A stretch of 32,000 nt of DNA from Horticoccus luteus (GCF_019464535.1 NZ_CP080507.1:2820001-2852000), one strand, 5' to 3'; positions 8,066-17,815 are shown, counted from the stretch's first letter. Notes: a model not told the origin generated them from the sequence alone. Numbers and translations are program-made.

Positions 8066-9010
8066 TTATTCGACGACGGTGACGTGCTCCGGCTGGCCGC
8101 CGGCACACAGATAAAGCGCGGCCATGCGGACCGCGAGGCCGTTGCTCACCTGCTCGAGGATCACGCTGCGTTCGCCATCGGCGAGTTCGCTGTCGATTTC
8201 GACGCCGCGGTTGATCGGCCCGGGATGCATGATGATCGCCTTCGGATTCAGCCACGAGGCGCGCGTCTTGTTCAGACCAAACATGCTCGTGTATTCGCCG
8301 AGCGACGGAAAATGGCTGCTCGCCTGCCGCTCGTGCTGGATGCGCAACAGCATCACCACTTCCGCGTCCGCCAGCGCCGATTTCAAATCGTGCGACACCG
8401 CCACGCCGAGCTCCGTGAACCACTGCGGCACCAGCGTCGACGGGCCGACGAGCGTCACATTGGCGCCCATTTTGGTCAACGCGTGGATGTTCGAGCGCGC
8501 CACGCGGCTGAACAAAATATCGCCGAGGATCACGACCTTGCGGCCCTTCATCGCGCCGAGTCGCTCCTTCATCGTGAACGTGTCCAGCAGCCCCTGCGTC
8601 GGATGCTCGTGCGCGCCATCGCCGGCGTTGACCACCGGGATATCGAGGATCTTCGAGAGAAACAGCGGCGAGCCCGCCGCCGCGTGGCGGATGACGATCA
8701 TATCCGCGTTGAGCGCCTGGATGTTTTCCGCCGTATCGCGCAACGTTTCGCCCTTCGTCGTCGACGAACTCGCCGCGTCGAATGAAATCACGTCCGCACT
8801 CAACCGTTTCGCCGCCATGTCGAACGCCATGCGCGTGCGCGTGCTCGGTTCGAGAAACAGGTTGACGATCGTCTTGCCCCGCAGCGCCGGCACTTTTTTC
8901 ACACTGCGTTTCAAGATGGTCTTGAACGCCGCCGCCGTCGCGTGGACCTGTTCAATCTCGGCCAGCGAGAGTTCCTCGATCGTGAGCAGATGGCGTCGGT
9001 TCCAGGTCAT
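8066..9010 (-). CDS. pyrB: aspartate carbamoyltransferase catalytic subunit
   Basis: 314 aa. 'FLEPSTRTRMAFDMAAKRL', 'HPTQGLLD' and 'HPGPINRGVEI' are the canonical ATCase motifs. Confidence 0.95.
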   Translation of the reverse strand: MTWNRRHLLTIEELSLAEIEQVHATAAAFKTILKRSVKKVPALRGKTIVNLFLEPSTRTRMAFDMAAKRLSADVISFDAASSSTTKGETLRDTAENIQALNADMIVIRHAAAGSPLFLSKILDIPVVNAGDGAHEHPTQGLLDTFTMKERLGAMKGRKVVILGDILFSRVARSNIHALTKMGANVTLVGPSTLVPQWFTELGVAVSHDLKSALADAEVVMLLRIQHERQASSHFPSLGEYTSMFGLNKTRASWLNPKAIIMHPGPINRGVEIDSELADGERSVILEQVSNGLAVRMAALYLCAGGQPEHVTVVE

Positions 9011-9021
9011 GGGAAGAACAA

Positions 9022-9633
9022 CTAGCTCTGATTCGCCGCCGCGGTTTTCTTCGCCGGCGCCACGCGCAACCCATCGCGGTCGGAGTCCGCCGGGTCCAGC
9101 GTCACGCTGACTTTCTCCTCTGCGGCGACGTCAATTTCGAGGCCGGTGTAATCCGCCGCCAGCGGCAGCATGCGTCCGCCGCGATCGGCGAGCACCGCGA
9201 GCTCCACCTTCGCCGGCCGGCCGTGGTCGAACAATTCGTCGAGCGCCGCCTTCACCGTGCGACCGGAAAACAACACGTCGTCGACGAGAATCACCGTCGC
9301 TCCGTCCACGTCTCCCGGGATTTGCGTCGGCACGAACTCCTTCGGAATCGGGTTGCGGCCAATGTCGTCGCGGTGAAACGAAATATCGATCGTGCCCACG
9401 CGTTTCGCGCCGATCCGCCGGCCGAGCCGCCGCGCCAGTTCAATCCCGCCATTGGCGATCCCGAGCAGAATCAACTCCGCCGGCCGCGCGTGGCGGGCCA
9501 AAATGCCTTCGGCCAGCCGCTCAATCGCAGCGTGCAGTTGCCCGGATCCAATGGTTTTCGGCGTGCCCACCAAGGGCCGTTTGTGCCGTTCGTCCGCGCT
9601 GCGTAAAGCGAAATGTCCGCTGCTCCGCGTCAC
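9022..9633 (-). CDS. pyrR: bifunctional pyrimidine operon regulator / uracil phosphoribosyltransferase PyrR (start uncertain)
   Basis: 'LLGIANGGIELARRL...ISFHRDD...ATVILVDDVLFSGRTVKAALD' matches PyrR. There is no in-frame ATG below the stop of the upstream gene (9660), so I placed the start at the in-frame GTG at 9633. The ORF-track ATG at 9861 would overlap the neighbouring gene by about 200 nt. Confidence 0.75.
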   Translation of the reverse strand: MTRSSGHFALRSADERHKRPLVGTPKTIGSGQLHAAIERLAEGILARHARPAELILLGIANGGIELARRLGRRIGAKRVGTIDISFHRDDIGRNPIPKEFVPTQIPGDVDGATVILVDDVLFSGRTVKAALDELFDHGRPAKVELAVLADRGGRMLPLAADYTGLEIDVAAEEKVSVTLDPADSDRDGLRVAPAKKTAAANQS

Positions 9634-9659
9634 CGGCTCGTGCGCTGCCCGCGCGGCGC

Positions 9660-11333
9660 TCAAAACAGCACGCGCCCCTCCGCCCGCGGCGGCGCCGGGA
9701 CGCCCAGAATCCGCGCAAGCGTCGGTGCGATGTCGTCGACGCCCACGCGCTCCACGTAGCGGCCCGGTTTCACCCCGACGCCGAACCACAGCATCGGCAC
9801 GTGCGTATCGTAATTGTAAGGCGAGCCGTGAGTCGTCCCCGCCGGCGTCTTGTCGATCCAAAATGGCTTCGGCTGCATCAACACATCACCGCTGCGCGCC
9901 GCGTTGAAACTCAGGAGCATCCGCGCGCCGAGTTCATCGTGCACTTCCCCGCGTTCGAGTTGCGTCCGCGTGTAAACGGCCTGCACGAACGGCAGCGCCG
10001 CCACCGCCTCCGCCGCCACGCGTTGCGCCTCGTTCGCCGCCACATGACGCGCTCTCAACGTCGCCGCCACCAACCGCAACGACAGGCCGTCCCGCACCAC
10101 CCAATGACCGTCCGCCGGCGCCGGTCCGAATTGCGCGATCAACGCCTGTTCCGCCGCCCCCGTCATCTTTCCGCCGTCAAAACGCCCCGCGTCGAAATGC
10201 GGTGAGATCGCGTGAATGTGCTCCGGCGTTGGCGCCGCTCCGTGGTCCGCCGTCAACACGATCGTGCAATGCGCGAGCCCCACCTGCTGGTCCACCGCCG
10301 CCAGCAGCCGCGCCAACTGACCGTCCAGCCGCACCACCATATCCATCATCTCCTGGCTGTCCGGCCCGTAAGCATGGCCGACGTAGTCCGTCGCCGAATA
10401 ACTGACCGTGAGCACATCGGTCGTGCCGCGTTGCCCGAGTTGCTCGTTGCGCAGCGTCGCGACCGCCAGATCCGTTAAAAACTCCAGACTGAACGGCGAC
10501 GTGTTGAACGCGCTGTAAAACGCCGGCGTAATCCGGTCAGCGCCGCCTGTGATGCGATGCGGAAACACCCGCGTCAGCCCCAACCCGTCCGATTCTCCCG
10601 CCATATCGTCCACGTCCTGCAGCGCATAATCTTTTTCCGGCAGCGCCCGGTCCCAGACGCGGTTGAAATATTTTTCCACGCGCCCTTCCGCATTAAACGC
10701 CACCAGCCACGCCGGCAGCTTGGGGCCGTAATATGTCGAACTCACCACGCGGCCTCCCTCCATCCAATACGCCGCGTCGGCCAGTTTCCCGCTCATCAAA
10801 ATCGCCGCGCGATCCTTGTTGGACACGCCGATGACGCGCGGCCGGTTCGCCCGCGCCATCTTCAATTCGTCGCCCACCGTGTCGGCGAGCAGATGCGCCG
10901 GCGAACGGCCTTTCGCCGCCGTCACCGCGGCCGGCGCGTCGTCTCCGGCCGCCTGCCCGATGATGCTCACGCTGCGATCCTCGACGCAGTTCACCCGCGT
11001 CATCTCCTCTCCTTCCAACCACTCGTTGGCGATGATTCCTCCGACGTTCGCATGCACGCCGGTCAACATCACCGCGTGGCCCGGTCCCGTATACGTAATC
11101 GAATGCCGGAAATGACAATCGACGAAATCCGCGCCCTGCTCCTGCAACCGGCGAAAACCTTCCCGGCCGAAATACGGCGCGAAACGCTCCAGGTAATCGT
11201 GGCGGAACTGGTCGATACTGATGACCACCACGAGCGCAGGGGGCGGCGCCTCCTTTGTCCCGGCGCTCGCGGAGAAAACCCCGGCGAGCAGCATTAGGCC
11301 GATAACACGAGGGCAACGCGTGACCTGGAGCAT
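9660..11333 (-). CDS. secreted alkaline phosphatase-superfamily protein (type I phosphodiesterase/nucleotide pyrophosphatase-like)
   Basis: ATG at 11333, 557 aa. Signal peptide MLQVTRCPRVIGLMLLAGVFSASA. 'VVVISIDQFRHDYL' and 'LTADHG' are NPP/AlkP-family metal-site motifs. Confidence 0.8.
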   Translation of the reverse strand: MLQVTRCPRVIGLMLLAGVFSASAGTKEAPPPALVVVISIDQFRHDYLERFAPYFGREGFRRLQEQGADFVDCHFRHSITYTGPGHAVMLTGVHANVGGIIANEWLEGEEMTRVNCVEDRSVSIIGQAAGDDAPAAVTAAKGRSPAHLLADTVGDELKMARANRPRVIGVSNKDRAAILMSGKLADAAYWMEGGRVVSSTYYGPKLPAWLVAFNAEGRVEKYFNRVWDRALPEKDYALQDVDDMAGESDGLGLTRVFPHRITGGADRITPAFYSAFNTSPFSLEFLTDLAVATLRNEQLGQRGTTDVLTVSYSATDYVGHAYGPDSQEMMDMVVRLDGQLARLLAAVDQQVGLAHCTIVLTADHGAAPTPEHIHAISPHFDAGRFDGGKMTGAAEQALIAQFGPAPADGHWVVRDGLSLRLVAATLRARHVAANEAQRVAAEAVAALPFVQAVYTRTQLERGEVHDELGARMLLSFNAARSGDVLMQPKPFWIDKTPAGTTHGSPYNYDTHVPMLWFGVGVKPGRYVERVGVDDIAPTLARILGVPAPPRAEGRVLF

Positions 11334-11448
11334 GCGCGCAACCTAGGCAATCAGGCTGGCGCGTCGACGTTTTCCTGCTCCCCACCGTCTTGATGCACCG
11401 ACCGGCTTTGACTCCCGTCTTCCGCTCGACTTGGGTAGCGCCTCCTTC

Positions 11449-12732
11449 ATGGCCGATTTTCTCGAATCCAAGTCCACCAACCTCCAGCGCGCCTTCCTCA
11501 TCGGCGTGCAAACGTCCGACATGCCCGATGGCGAAGGCACCGAACTCCTCGCCGAATTGCGCGAGTTGGTGGAGAACCTCGGGATCACCGTCACCCGCGC
11601 GGTCCTCGTCAACCTTCGCTCGCCCACCCCCGCGACACTCCTCGGCTCCGGTAAAACCACCGAACTCATCGACCTCGCGCACGAGGACGAAGCCGATGTC
11701 ATCGTCATCGACGAAACGCTTTCCCCCGCGCAGCAGCGCAACTGGGAGAAACAGTCCGAGATCGCCGTCATCGACCGCCAGGAAGTCATTCTCGAGGTCT
11801 TCGCCGACCGCGCGCACACCCGGGAAGCCGTGTTGCAGGTCGCGCTCGCGCGCATGGAATACTCCCTGCCCCGCCTCACCCGCGCGTGGACCCATCTTTC
11901 CCGCCAACGCGGCAAGGGTTCCCTCGGCGGCGAAGGCGAGACGCAGCTTGAGCAGGATCGCCGCATCGTGCGCGATCGCATCACGCGGCTCAAAGCCGAG
12001 CTGATCGAAGTGCGCCAGCAACGCGACGTGCAGCGCCGCCGCCGCTTGCGGGTGCCCGTGCCCACCGCCGCGATCGTCGGCTACACCAATGCCGGCAAAT
12101 CCTCCCTCCTCAACGCCCTCACCGGCGCGCACGTTCTCGCCGAAAACAAGCTCTTCGCCACGCTCGATCCCACGACGCGCCAACTCCTGCTCCGCGGCAA
12201 CCAGAAGCTCCTCGTCACCGACACCGTCGGTTTCATTCGCCGCCTCCCGCACGGTTTGGTCGAAGCGTTCAAAGCCACGCTCGAAGAGGTCGTCGTCGCC
12301 GATTTCCTGATCCACGTGCTCGACCTCACGAATCCGAATTTCGCGAAACATCACGCCACCACGCTCGCCGTCCTCGACGAGCTCGGCGCGACCGGCAAGA
12401 CCATCCTCACCGTCTTCAACAAAGACGACGCCGCCACCGATGCCTTGCGCAGCCAGGCCCGCGGCCTTGCGCCCGACGCCCTCTTCGTCAGCGCCAAAAC
12501 CGGCGCCGGCCTTCCCGCCCTCGAAGATCACTGCGTTGAACTGATCGCCAACACCCTCGCCTCAACTGAACTCCTCGTGCCGCACGAACGCTACGATGTC
12601 ATCGCTCGTCTGCATTCGCTGGGCGACGTGCAGGAGCAGGAACACCGCGACGACGGCGTTTACCTGCGCGGGCGCTTTCCCGCCACGCAGGCCGGCCTCT
12701 TCGGCCCCTTCGTGCTCGCGCCGAAGCGCTGA
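11449..12732 (+). CDS. hflX: GTPase HflX
   Basis: ATG at 11449 (MADFLESK...); the ORF-track start at 11431 is TTG. 'RAFLIGV' N-domain, 'GGEGETQLE', G1 'GYTNAGKSSLLNALTG', 'DTVGFI' and 'NKDD'. Confidence 0.9.
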   Translation: MADFLESKSTNLQRAFLIGVQTSDMPDGEGTELLAELRELVENLGITVTRAVLVNLRSPTPATLLGSGKTTELIDLAHEDEADVIVIDETLSPAQQRNWEKQSEIAVIDRQEVILEVFADRAHTREAVLQVALARMEYSLPRLTRAWTHLSRQRGKGSLGGEGETQLEQDRRIVRDRITRLKAELIEVRQQRDVQRRRRLRVPVPTAAIVGYTNAGKSSLLNALTGAHVLAENKLFATLDPTTRQLLLRGNQKLLVTDTVGFIRRLPHGLVEAFKATLEEVVVADFLIHVLDLTNPNFAKHHATTLAVLDELGATGKTILTVFNKDDAATDALRSQARGLAPDALFVSAKTGAGLPALEDHCVELIANTLASTELLVPHERYDVIARLHSLGDVQEQEHRDDGVYLRGRFPATQAGLFGPFVLAPKR

Positions 12733-12747
12733 GTGCGCTCCGCCGCG

Positions 12748-13044
12748 TCAGTTCGCGTCGTAGATCTGCACCCGCGTCCACCACGTTTTGCACTGCGCGA
12801 GAAACGCGAGGTGCAGCGGATGCGTTTGATAAACATTGTGCGCCGCGATATCCGCAAAAACGCACGTGATCGCATGGTCGAACGTGGCGTCCACCACCGG
12901 GCGCGCCGGTAACGCCGCAGGCCGGCCGGTATAAAACGCCTCCATGGGGATGCCGCGAAGGCTCGCCAGCGCGGCGGCAAACGCCTCGCGTTGCGCCGCG
13001 GTTAAGTCGGACTTCAGCCAGAAGTAAACGGTGTGCACGAGCAT
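12748..13044 (-). CDS. Dabb family (stress-responsive alpha/beta barrel) protein
   Basis: ATG at 13044 (MLVHTVYFWLKSDLTAAQREAF...), 98 aa, with the size and pattern typical of Dabb domains. It is convergent with hflX. Confidence 0.7.
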   Translation of the reverse strand: MLVHTVYFWLKSDLTAAQREAFAAALASLRGIPMEAFYTGRPAALPARPVVDATFDHAITCVFADIAAHNVYQTHPLHLAFLAQCKTWWTRVQIYDAN

Positions 13045-13239
13045 GGCATGCAGCGTTCGCAGTCGGAGGCCGAAGCGCAAGTCCGGCGCCGCTCTCGCGT
13101 CGTGGTTTCCCCGAGTGCAGTCCGCCTCCGCACCGCGCTCTCCTATGCGACGCTGAGACCGCATCCCGATAGGCCACCCGCTCCGATCGCGCTAGCATCG
13201 CGCCCTCTCGCCTCCTCAACCCTTTTTCCGGAGCTCACT

Positions 13240-13968
13240 TTGCACCATCGCACCTTTCATGGCACCACCGAGTTTGGCTCGGTCACCACGCTGCTCCCTT
13301 ATCGTGACCGCCGCGCGGCCGGCCAAGTGCTCGCGGAGCAACTGCACCGCTTCACCGGCCGGATGGATCTCGTCGTGATCGCGCTCGCCCGCGGAGGTGT
13401 GCCGGTCGGCTACGAAATTTCCCGCGCCTTGCGCGCGCCGCTGGATGTTTTCGTCGTGCACCGCCTCGCATTCCCTGGCGAGCCCGACCTCGTGATGGGC
13501 GCCCTCGCGTCTGGCGGCGTTTGCGTGCTCGACCGCGACGTCATGCAACACCACGCCATCGACGCCGAGGCGATGAAACGCGCCGTCGCCGAAGCGCTGC
13601 CCTTCCTGGAGCGCCGCGAGCAGGCGTTGCGCGGCGATCGCCCGCCGCTGGATGTGCGCGATCGCCACGTGCTGTTCGTCGACGATGGCGTTGCCACCGG
13701 CGCAACCATGCGCGTCGCCCTCGCCGGCCTGCGCGCCCAATCGCCGGCCTCAGTCACGATTGCTGTGCCCGTGGGCGCCTCCGGGGCGCTCGAAGCGCTC
13801 GCCGTTGACGTGGATGAAATCGTTTGCCCGCGGATGCCGGACCCGTTGTTCGCCGTCGGTTTATCCTATGATCGCTTTCCGGATTTGGATGACGCCGATG
13901 TCTGCGCACTCCTCGCGCGCGCACCTTGGTCGCAGCCCGCTCCCCACGTCCGCCGCGCCGTGGGATAA
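13240..13968 (+). CDS. phosphoribosyltransferase family protein (start uncertain)
   Basis: 'YRDRRAAGQVLAEQL' near the N-terminus, 'VIALARGGVPVG', and the PRPP motif 'VLFVDDGVATGATM'. No in-frame ATG is near the expected N-terminus, so TTG 13240 is the closest plausible start. Confidence 0.65.
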   Translation: MHHRTFHGTTEFGSVTTLLPYRDRRAAGQVLAEQLHRFTGRMDLVVIALARGGVPVGYEISRALRAPLDVFVVHRLAFPGEPDLVMGALASGGVCVLDRDVMQHHAIDAEAMKRAVAEALPFLERREQALRGDRPPLDVRDRHVLFVDDGVATGATMRVALAGLRAQSPASVTIAVPVGASGALEALAVDVDEIVCPRMPDPLFAVGLSYDRFPDLDDADVCALLARAPWSQPAPHVRRAVG

Positions 13969-14033
13969 AATTATTTCACAAAACGTGCGCGCGGATGGCT
14001 CACCTGCCCGCCAGCGTGGTCGAAAGGAATGCC

Positions 14034-14198
14034 ATGGGGATCGCGGTTTTAATTTTCGGTGCTTACGCCGCCTTGGTGGGATTTCTCGGTTACCTGCTCG
14101 CCCGCGCCGCTCCGTCGGGATTTGAAGACGAAACCGGTTTCCACCAAGGAGACGAACCACTGCCGCCCCCGCCTCACCACTGGCCGTTGGGCGCCTGA
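14034..14198 (+). CDS. small single-pass membrane protein (54 aa), hypothetical
   Basis: ATG at 14034 is preceded by gaaagga. One hydrophobic helix (IAVLIFGAYAALVGFLGYLLA). A strong terminator follows immediately. Confidence 0.4.
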   Translation: MGIAVLIFGAYAALVGFLGYLLARAAPSGFEDETGFHQGDEPLPPPPHHWPLGA

Positions 14199-14203
14199 GG
14201 AGA

Positions 14204-14234
14204 AACCCGCCGCTTTCCGGCGGGTTTTTGTTTG
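14204..14234 (+). terminator. rho-independent terminator
   Basis: The 10-bp stem aaacccgccg / cggcgggttt has a 5-nt loop and is followed by tttttgttt. Confidence 0.65.
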
Positions 14235-14463
14235 GCACTGCCCGGCCGGCATTTCTCGCCCCGGAATAATTTCTTGCACGCCGGGCAAATCATGCGACCG
14301 TCAAACCCTTGAACGCACGGAGCGGATGAAAAATCCCGCCCGGCCGTTCTCTTCGGGCGTCTCTTTTCGATGAAGGACCGTCAGAGGTCACTTCCCTCAT
14401 CGAGCTATCGCCCGCCGCCATTTCGGCCGCGCGGCTTCACCGGCGCCTGGCGTCGGTTTCATC

Positions 14464-15852
14464 ATGACACCTGATCAGTCCATTACCTTTGCGTCGCTGC
14501 AACTTGCGGCGCCGCTCCAACGCGCTCTCGCCGACAAGGCCTATACGCACCCTTCGCCCATTCAGGCGCAGGCCATTCCGCTCCTGCTCGACGGCCGCGA
14601 TGTCATCGGCATCGCTCAGACCGGCACCGGCAAAACCGCCGCCTTCGCGTTGCCGATGTTGCACCGCCTCAGCACGCAGCCGAAGCCCATCGTCGCCCGC
14701 CAGCCGCGCGCGTTGATTCTCACGCCCACCCGCGAGCTCGCCGCGCAGATCGCGGAAAACATCGCGCTCTACGGCCGCTACTTGCAACTGCGCCACACCG
14801 TCATTTTCGGCGGCGTCGGCGAACAGCCGCAAATCCGCCAGCTTGCTGCCGGCGTCGATATCGTCGTCGCCACCCCTGGCCGTCTTCTCGACCTGATGGA
14901 GCAACGCTGCCTCGCGCTGGATCGCGTGGAATTCTTTGTTCTCGATGAAGCCGATCGCATGCTCGACATGGGTTTTGCTCCGTCCGTGAAACGCGTGCTC
15001 GCGAAGCTCCCCGCCCGCCGCCAGTCCCTCCTCTTTTCCGCGACGATGCCCGAGACCATCCGCTCGCTCGCCAGCGCGTTTTTGCGCGATCCCGTGCGCG
15101 TCGAGGTCAGCCCCGTCGCCTCCACCGCCGAACGCATCGACCAACGCGTGTGCCATGTCGACGCCGGCAATAAACCCCGCTTGCTCGTGCACCTGCTGGA
15201 AACGCATCCGGAAGGCCTCGCGCTCGTCTTCTCGCGCACCAAACACGGCGCCAACCGCATCGCCAAAAACCTCGTGCGTGACGGCATCCCCGCCGACGCC
15301 ATTCACGGCAACAAATCGCAAGGCGCCCGCGAACGCGCCTTGGCGGCGTTTCGCAACGGCACCCTCCGCGTCCTCGTCGCGACCGACATCGCGGCCCGCG
15401 GCATCGACGTCAAAGGCATCGGCCTCGTCGTCAACTTCGACCTGCCCAACGAGCCCGAGTCCTACGTTCATCGCATCGGCCGCACCGCGCGTGCCGGCGC
15501 CGACGGCCTCGCGATCGCCCTGTGCAGCGCCGAGGAACGCTCCTTCCTGCGCGACATCCAACGCCTTATCCGTCGCGAAATCCCGGTCTTCACCGACCAC
15601 CCGTTTCCCATCGGATCCGCGGTCCCGCGCCCCGCGCCTGCTGATCGCGCACCGCACGGCCATCGCAATCACTCGTCGCACGCCCGTCCCGCGGGCCGTT
15701 CGCACTCGAATCACGGCTCCGCGCCCTCCCCCGCGGCCCGCCCCGCCGGCCACGCTCCCGCGGCCGCGAAACCCGCCGCGCATTCCCCGCTCGCGCGGGG
15801 TCGCTCGTGGGGCTTTGCCCGCCCCGGCGGTCGCGGCCCTTCATCGCGCTAA
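14464..15852 (+). CDS. rhlE: DEAD-box ATP-dependent RNA helicase (RhlE-like) with a basic His/Pro/Arg-rich C-terminal tail
   Basis: 462 aa. Q-motif 'THPSPIQ', 'AQTGTGKTAAF', 'PTRELA', 'VLDEADRMLDMGF', 'SAT' and 'HRIGRTARAG'. Confidence 0.9.
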   Translation: MTPDQSITFASLQLAAPLQRALADKAYTHPSPIQAQAIPLLLDGRDVIGIAQTGTGKTAAFALPMLHRLSTQPKPIVARQPRALILTPTRELAAQIAENIALYGRYLQLRHTVIFGGVGEQPQIRQLAAGVDIVVATPGRLLDLMEQRCLALDRVEFFVLDEADRMLDMGFAPSVKRVLAKLPARRQSLLFSATMPETIRSLASAFLRDPVRVEVSPVASTAERIDQRVCHVDAGNKPRLLVHLLETHPEGLALVFSRTKHGANRIAKNLVRDGIPADAIHGNKSQGARERALAAFRNGTLRVLVATDIAARGIDVKGIGLVVNFDLPNEPESYVHRIGRTARAGADGLAIALCSAEERSFLRDIQRLIRREIPVFTDHPFPIGSAVPRPAPADRAPHGHRNHSSHARPAGRSHSNHGSAPSPAARPAGHAPAAAKPAAHSPLARGRSWGFARPGGRGPSSR

Positions 15853-15874
15853 GTCAGCGTGTTAGCTCACCTTG

Positions 15875-15907
15875 CCGCCGGCTCCTCGGAGCCGGCGGTT
15901 TGCGTTT
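15875..15907 (+). terminator. rho-independent terminator downstream of rhlE
   Basis: The 10-bp stem ccgccggctc / gagccggcgg has the loop ctcg and is followed by tttgcgttt. Confidence 0.65.
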
Positions 15908-16090
15908 CAGACTTCGGGCACGCAACCGAGAATGTGCGTTCCTCTCCTTCACGCTTTTCCTGCAATCATGGACGTGCCGAGGCGCACGCGGCGGCGTTTT
16001 TTAATGTCCGACCGCCGGCCGAGGGCGTGCCATTTCTGTTTCTTCCGATTTCCATTTGCGCCCGCGGGCGGGTCGTAAAAGCTCGCTACG

Positions 16091-17428
16091 ATGAATGAGC
16101 CTACGCCCAAGGGGCACGCCGGATTCGGTTTGAGCACAAGAGACGTCAAGCGCCGTCACTTGATGTGGAAGGCGATGTTGGTGGGATTGGTGGCTGGCGT
16201 GCTGGCGTCCGCCTTTCGACTCTCGCTCACCTACGCTGAACATTGGCGCATCACGCAGATCCACGCGCATCACACGTGGTTCGCCGCGGCCATTTCCATT
16301 GGTCTCGCCATGGTCGGCGGCGGACTCGGCGTGTGGCTCGTGCGTCGCTACGCGCCCGAGACGGCGGGCAGCGGCATCCCGCATCTGAAAGCGGTCGTGC
16401 TCGGTCGGCAAACGCTGCGGTGGAAGCGGCTCATCCCCATCAAATTTTTCGCCGGCCTGCTCGCCATTGGCGGCGGCTTCGCGCTCGGTCGCGAAGGCCC
16501 CACGGTGCAAATGGGCGGCGCAACCGGTCTCGCCGTCAGCGACGCTTTGCGGATCACGCCCGGCGAAGGCGAACGCAAGGCCCTCATCAGCGCCGGCTCC
16601 GGCGCCGGCCTCGCCGCGGCCTTTAACGCGCCGCTGTCCGGCGTGATGTTCGTGCTCGAAGAATTGCACGGTGCCTTCACGCCGGTCGTGTTTATTTCGG
16701 CCTTTCTGGCGTGTGTTTCGGCCGATGTCGTCGCCCGCGTGTTGACTGGCAGCATGCCGGTGTTCGCCCTGCCCATCGTGACGCCGCCGCCGCTCACGAT
16801 CCTGCCGCTGGCCGCGCTCATGGGCGTCGTGCTGGGTTTTGTGGGCGTGGCCTACAATCGCGGTCTCATCGCCAGTCTGGATTGGTTTGGAAAATTCAAA
16901 CGCGTTTCACCCTTCGTCGTCGGCGCCCTCGCCGGCCTCGTGATCGGCGTGGTGGGTTATTTCTGGCCGGGTGTCGTCGGTTCCGGCTACCCCTTGGCGG
17001 ACCGTTCCCTCACCGGCGAAATTGCGTTTCACTGGCTGCCTCTGCTGTTTCTCGCGCGTTTTGTTCTCACGTTGGTGAGCTACGGCTGCGGTGCCGCCGG
17101 CGGCATCTTTGCGCCGATCCTCGTCATCGGTGCGCTCGCGGGCGTCTTCATCGGCATGGTCGGCCACAACGTCAGCCCCGCTTGGATTCCCTCCGTGCCG
17201 GTGTTTGCGGTCTTGGGCATGGGAGCGCTTTTCGCCGCCGCGGTGCGCGCGCCACTTACCGGCATCGTGCTGATGGTCGAAATGACCGGACAGTATAACA
17301 TCATGCTGCCGCTCCTCACCGCCTGCCTCTGCGCCTACGGTGTCGCCGAAGCGCTGCACACGCCCCCCATCTACGAAGCGCTCCTTGAGCGCTCCTTCCC
17401 CGATCCCGCGCACGCGCACCAGGCGTAG
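16091..17428 (+). CDS. clcA: ClC-family H+/Cl- exchange transporter / voltage-gated chloride channel
   Basis: 445 aa, polytopic. The ClC selectivity motifs 'GSGIP', 'GREGP' and 'GGIFAP' are all present. Confidence 0.9.
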   Translation: MNEPTPKGHAGFGLSTRDVKRRHLMWKAMLVGLVAGVLASAFRLSLTYAEHWRITQIHAHHTWFAAAISIGLAMVGGGLGVWLVRRYAPETAGSGIPHLKAVVLGRQTLRWKRLIPIKFFAGLLAIGGGFALGREGPTVQMGGATGLAVSDALRITPGEGERKALISAGSGAGLAAAFNAPLSGVMFVLEELHGAFTPVVFISAFLACVSADVVARVLTGSMPVFALPIVTPPPLTILPLAALMGVVLGFVGVAYNRGLIASLDWFGKFKRVSPFVVGALAGLVIGVVGYFWPGVVGSGYPLADRSLTGEIAFHWLPLLFLARFVLTLVSYGCGAAGGIFAPILVIGALAGVFIGMVGHNVSPAWIPSVPVFAVLGMGALFAAAVRAPLTGIVLMVEMTGQYNIMLPLLTACLCAYGVAEALHTPPIYEALLERSFPDPAHAHQA

Positions 17429-17658
17429 GCGGAGTCCGGACACGCGCTAATATAGCGCCGGCGGAATCTAAAACACTTTCGCCAACGCGGCCTGAGGCGG
17501 GGCGACAGCGCCTGCCCTGTCGGCAACACGCCGGATGGAATTTACACTTCCTTTACGTGCCACGAAAGCCGCGGGCGTGTGGCGTAATTATTTCATTTCG
17601 CGCCCCCGGTGCGGCGATATGGCGTCTCGCCTCCCGCCCGCGGTGAATCAGCGCTTTC

Positions 17659-17689
17659 TTTACCAATAAAAATACTTGCGCCCTATACT
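17659..17689 (+). promoter_or_regulatory. sigma70-like promoter candidate (TTTACC -19 nt- TATACT) in an AT-rich island upstream of the secreted-protein cluster
   Basis: This is the only AT-rich stretch (ctttctttaccaataaaaatacttgcgccctatact) between clcA and gene A. The spacer is long and promoter rules for this phylum are poorly known. Confidence 0.25.
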
Positions 17690-17815
17690 CAGTCTGTTGC
17701 CCTCCAGCCCGTCGCTTCAACCAGAGTCCGCACTCCATTCCTGCAGCCATGGTTGAGGTTGCGGCCCCTAGTTTCCTCCGAGCCGCTTCTGCTGCGGGTT
17801 GGTCGATCCGCCTCG

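Noticed and set aside
7009-9110. Three long plus-strand ORFs (7009-8082, 7526-8785, 8124-9110) over pyrC and pyrB
   Set aside because: They are antisense to unmistakable pyrC and pyrB coding sequences. Their translations are Arg/His/Pro-rich or Ser/Ala-rich with no motifs.
10693-12531. 612-aa minus-strand ORF spanning the phosphatase/hflX divergent region
   Set aside because: It overlaps two well-supported genes on both strands, including hflX in antisense. The composition is Gly/Arg/Ala/Glu-rich, as expected for a shadow ORF.
14437-15783. 448-aa minus-strand ORF antisense to rhlE
   Set aside because: The plus-strand frame carries all the DEAD-box motifs. The antisense translation is low-complexity G/A/R/D.
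15973-16002. Weak hairpin followed by TTTTTT between rhlE and clcA, considered as a second terminator or sRNA end
   Set aside because: The stem is only about 5 bp with alternative pairings. The strong terminator at 15875-15907 already explains rhlE termination. Confidence was too low to list it as a feature.
17609-17815. Upstream GTG start for gene A (451-aa version)
   Set aside because: It would place about 70 non-hydrophobic, Arg/Pro-rich residues before the signal peptide. It would also start translation upstream of the AT-rich promoter-like island.
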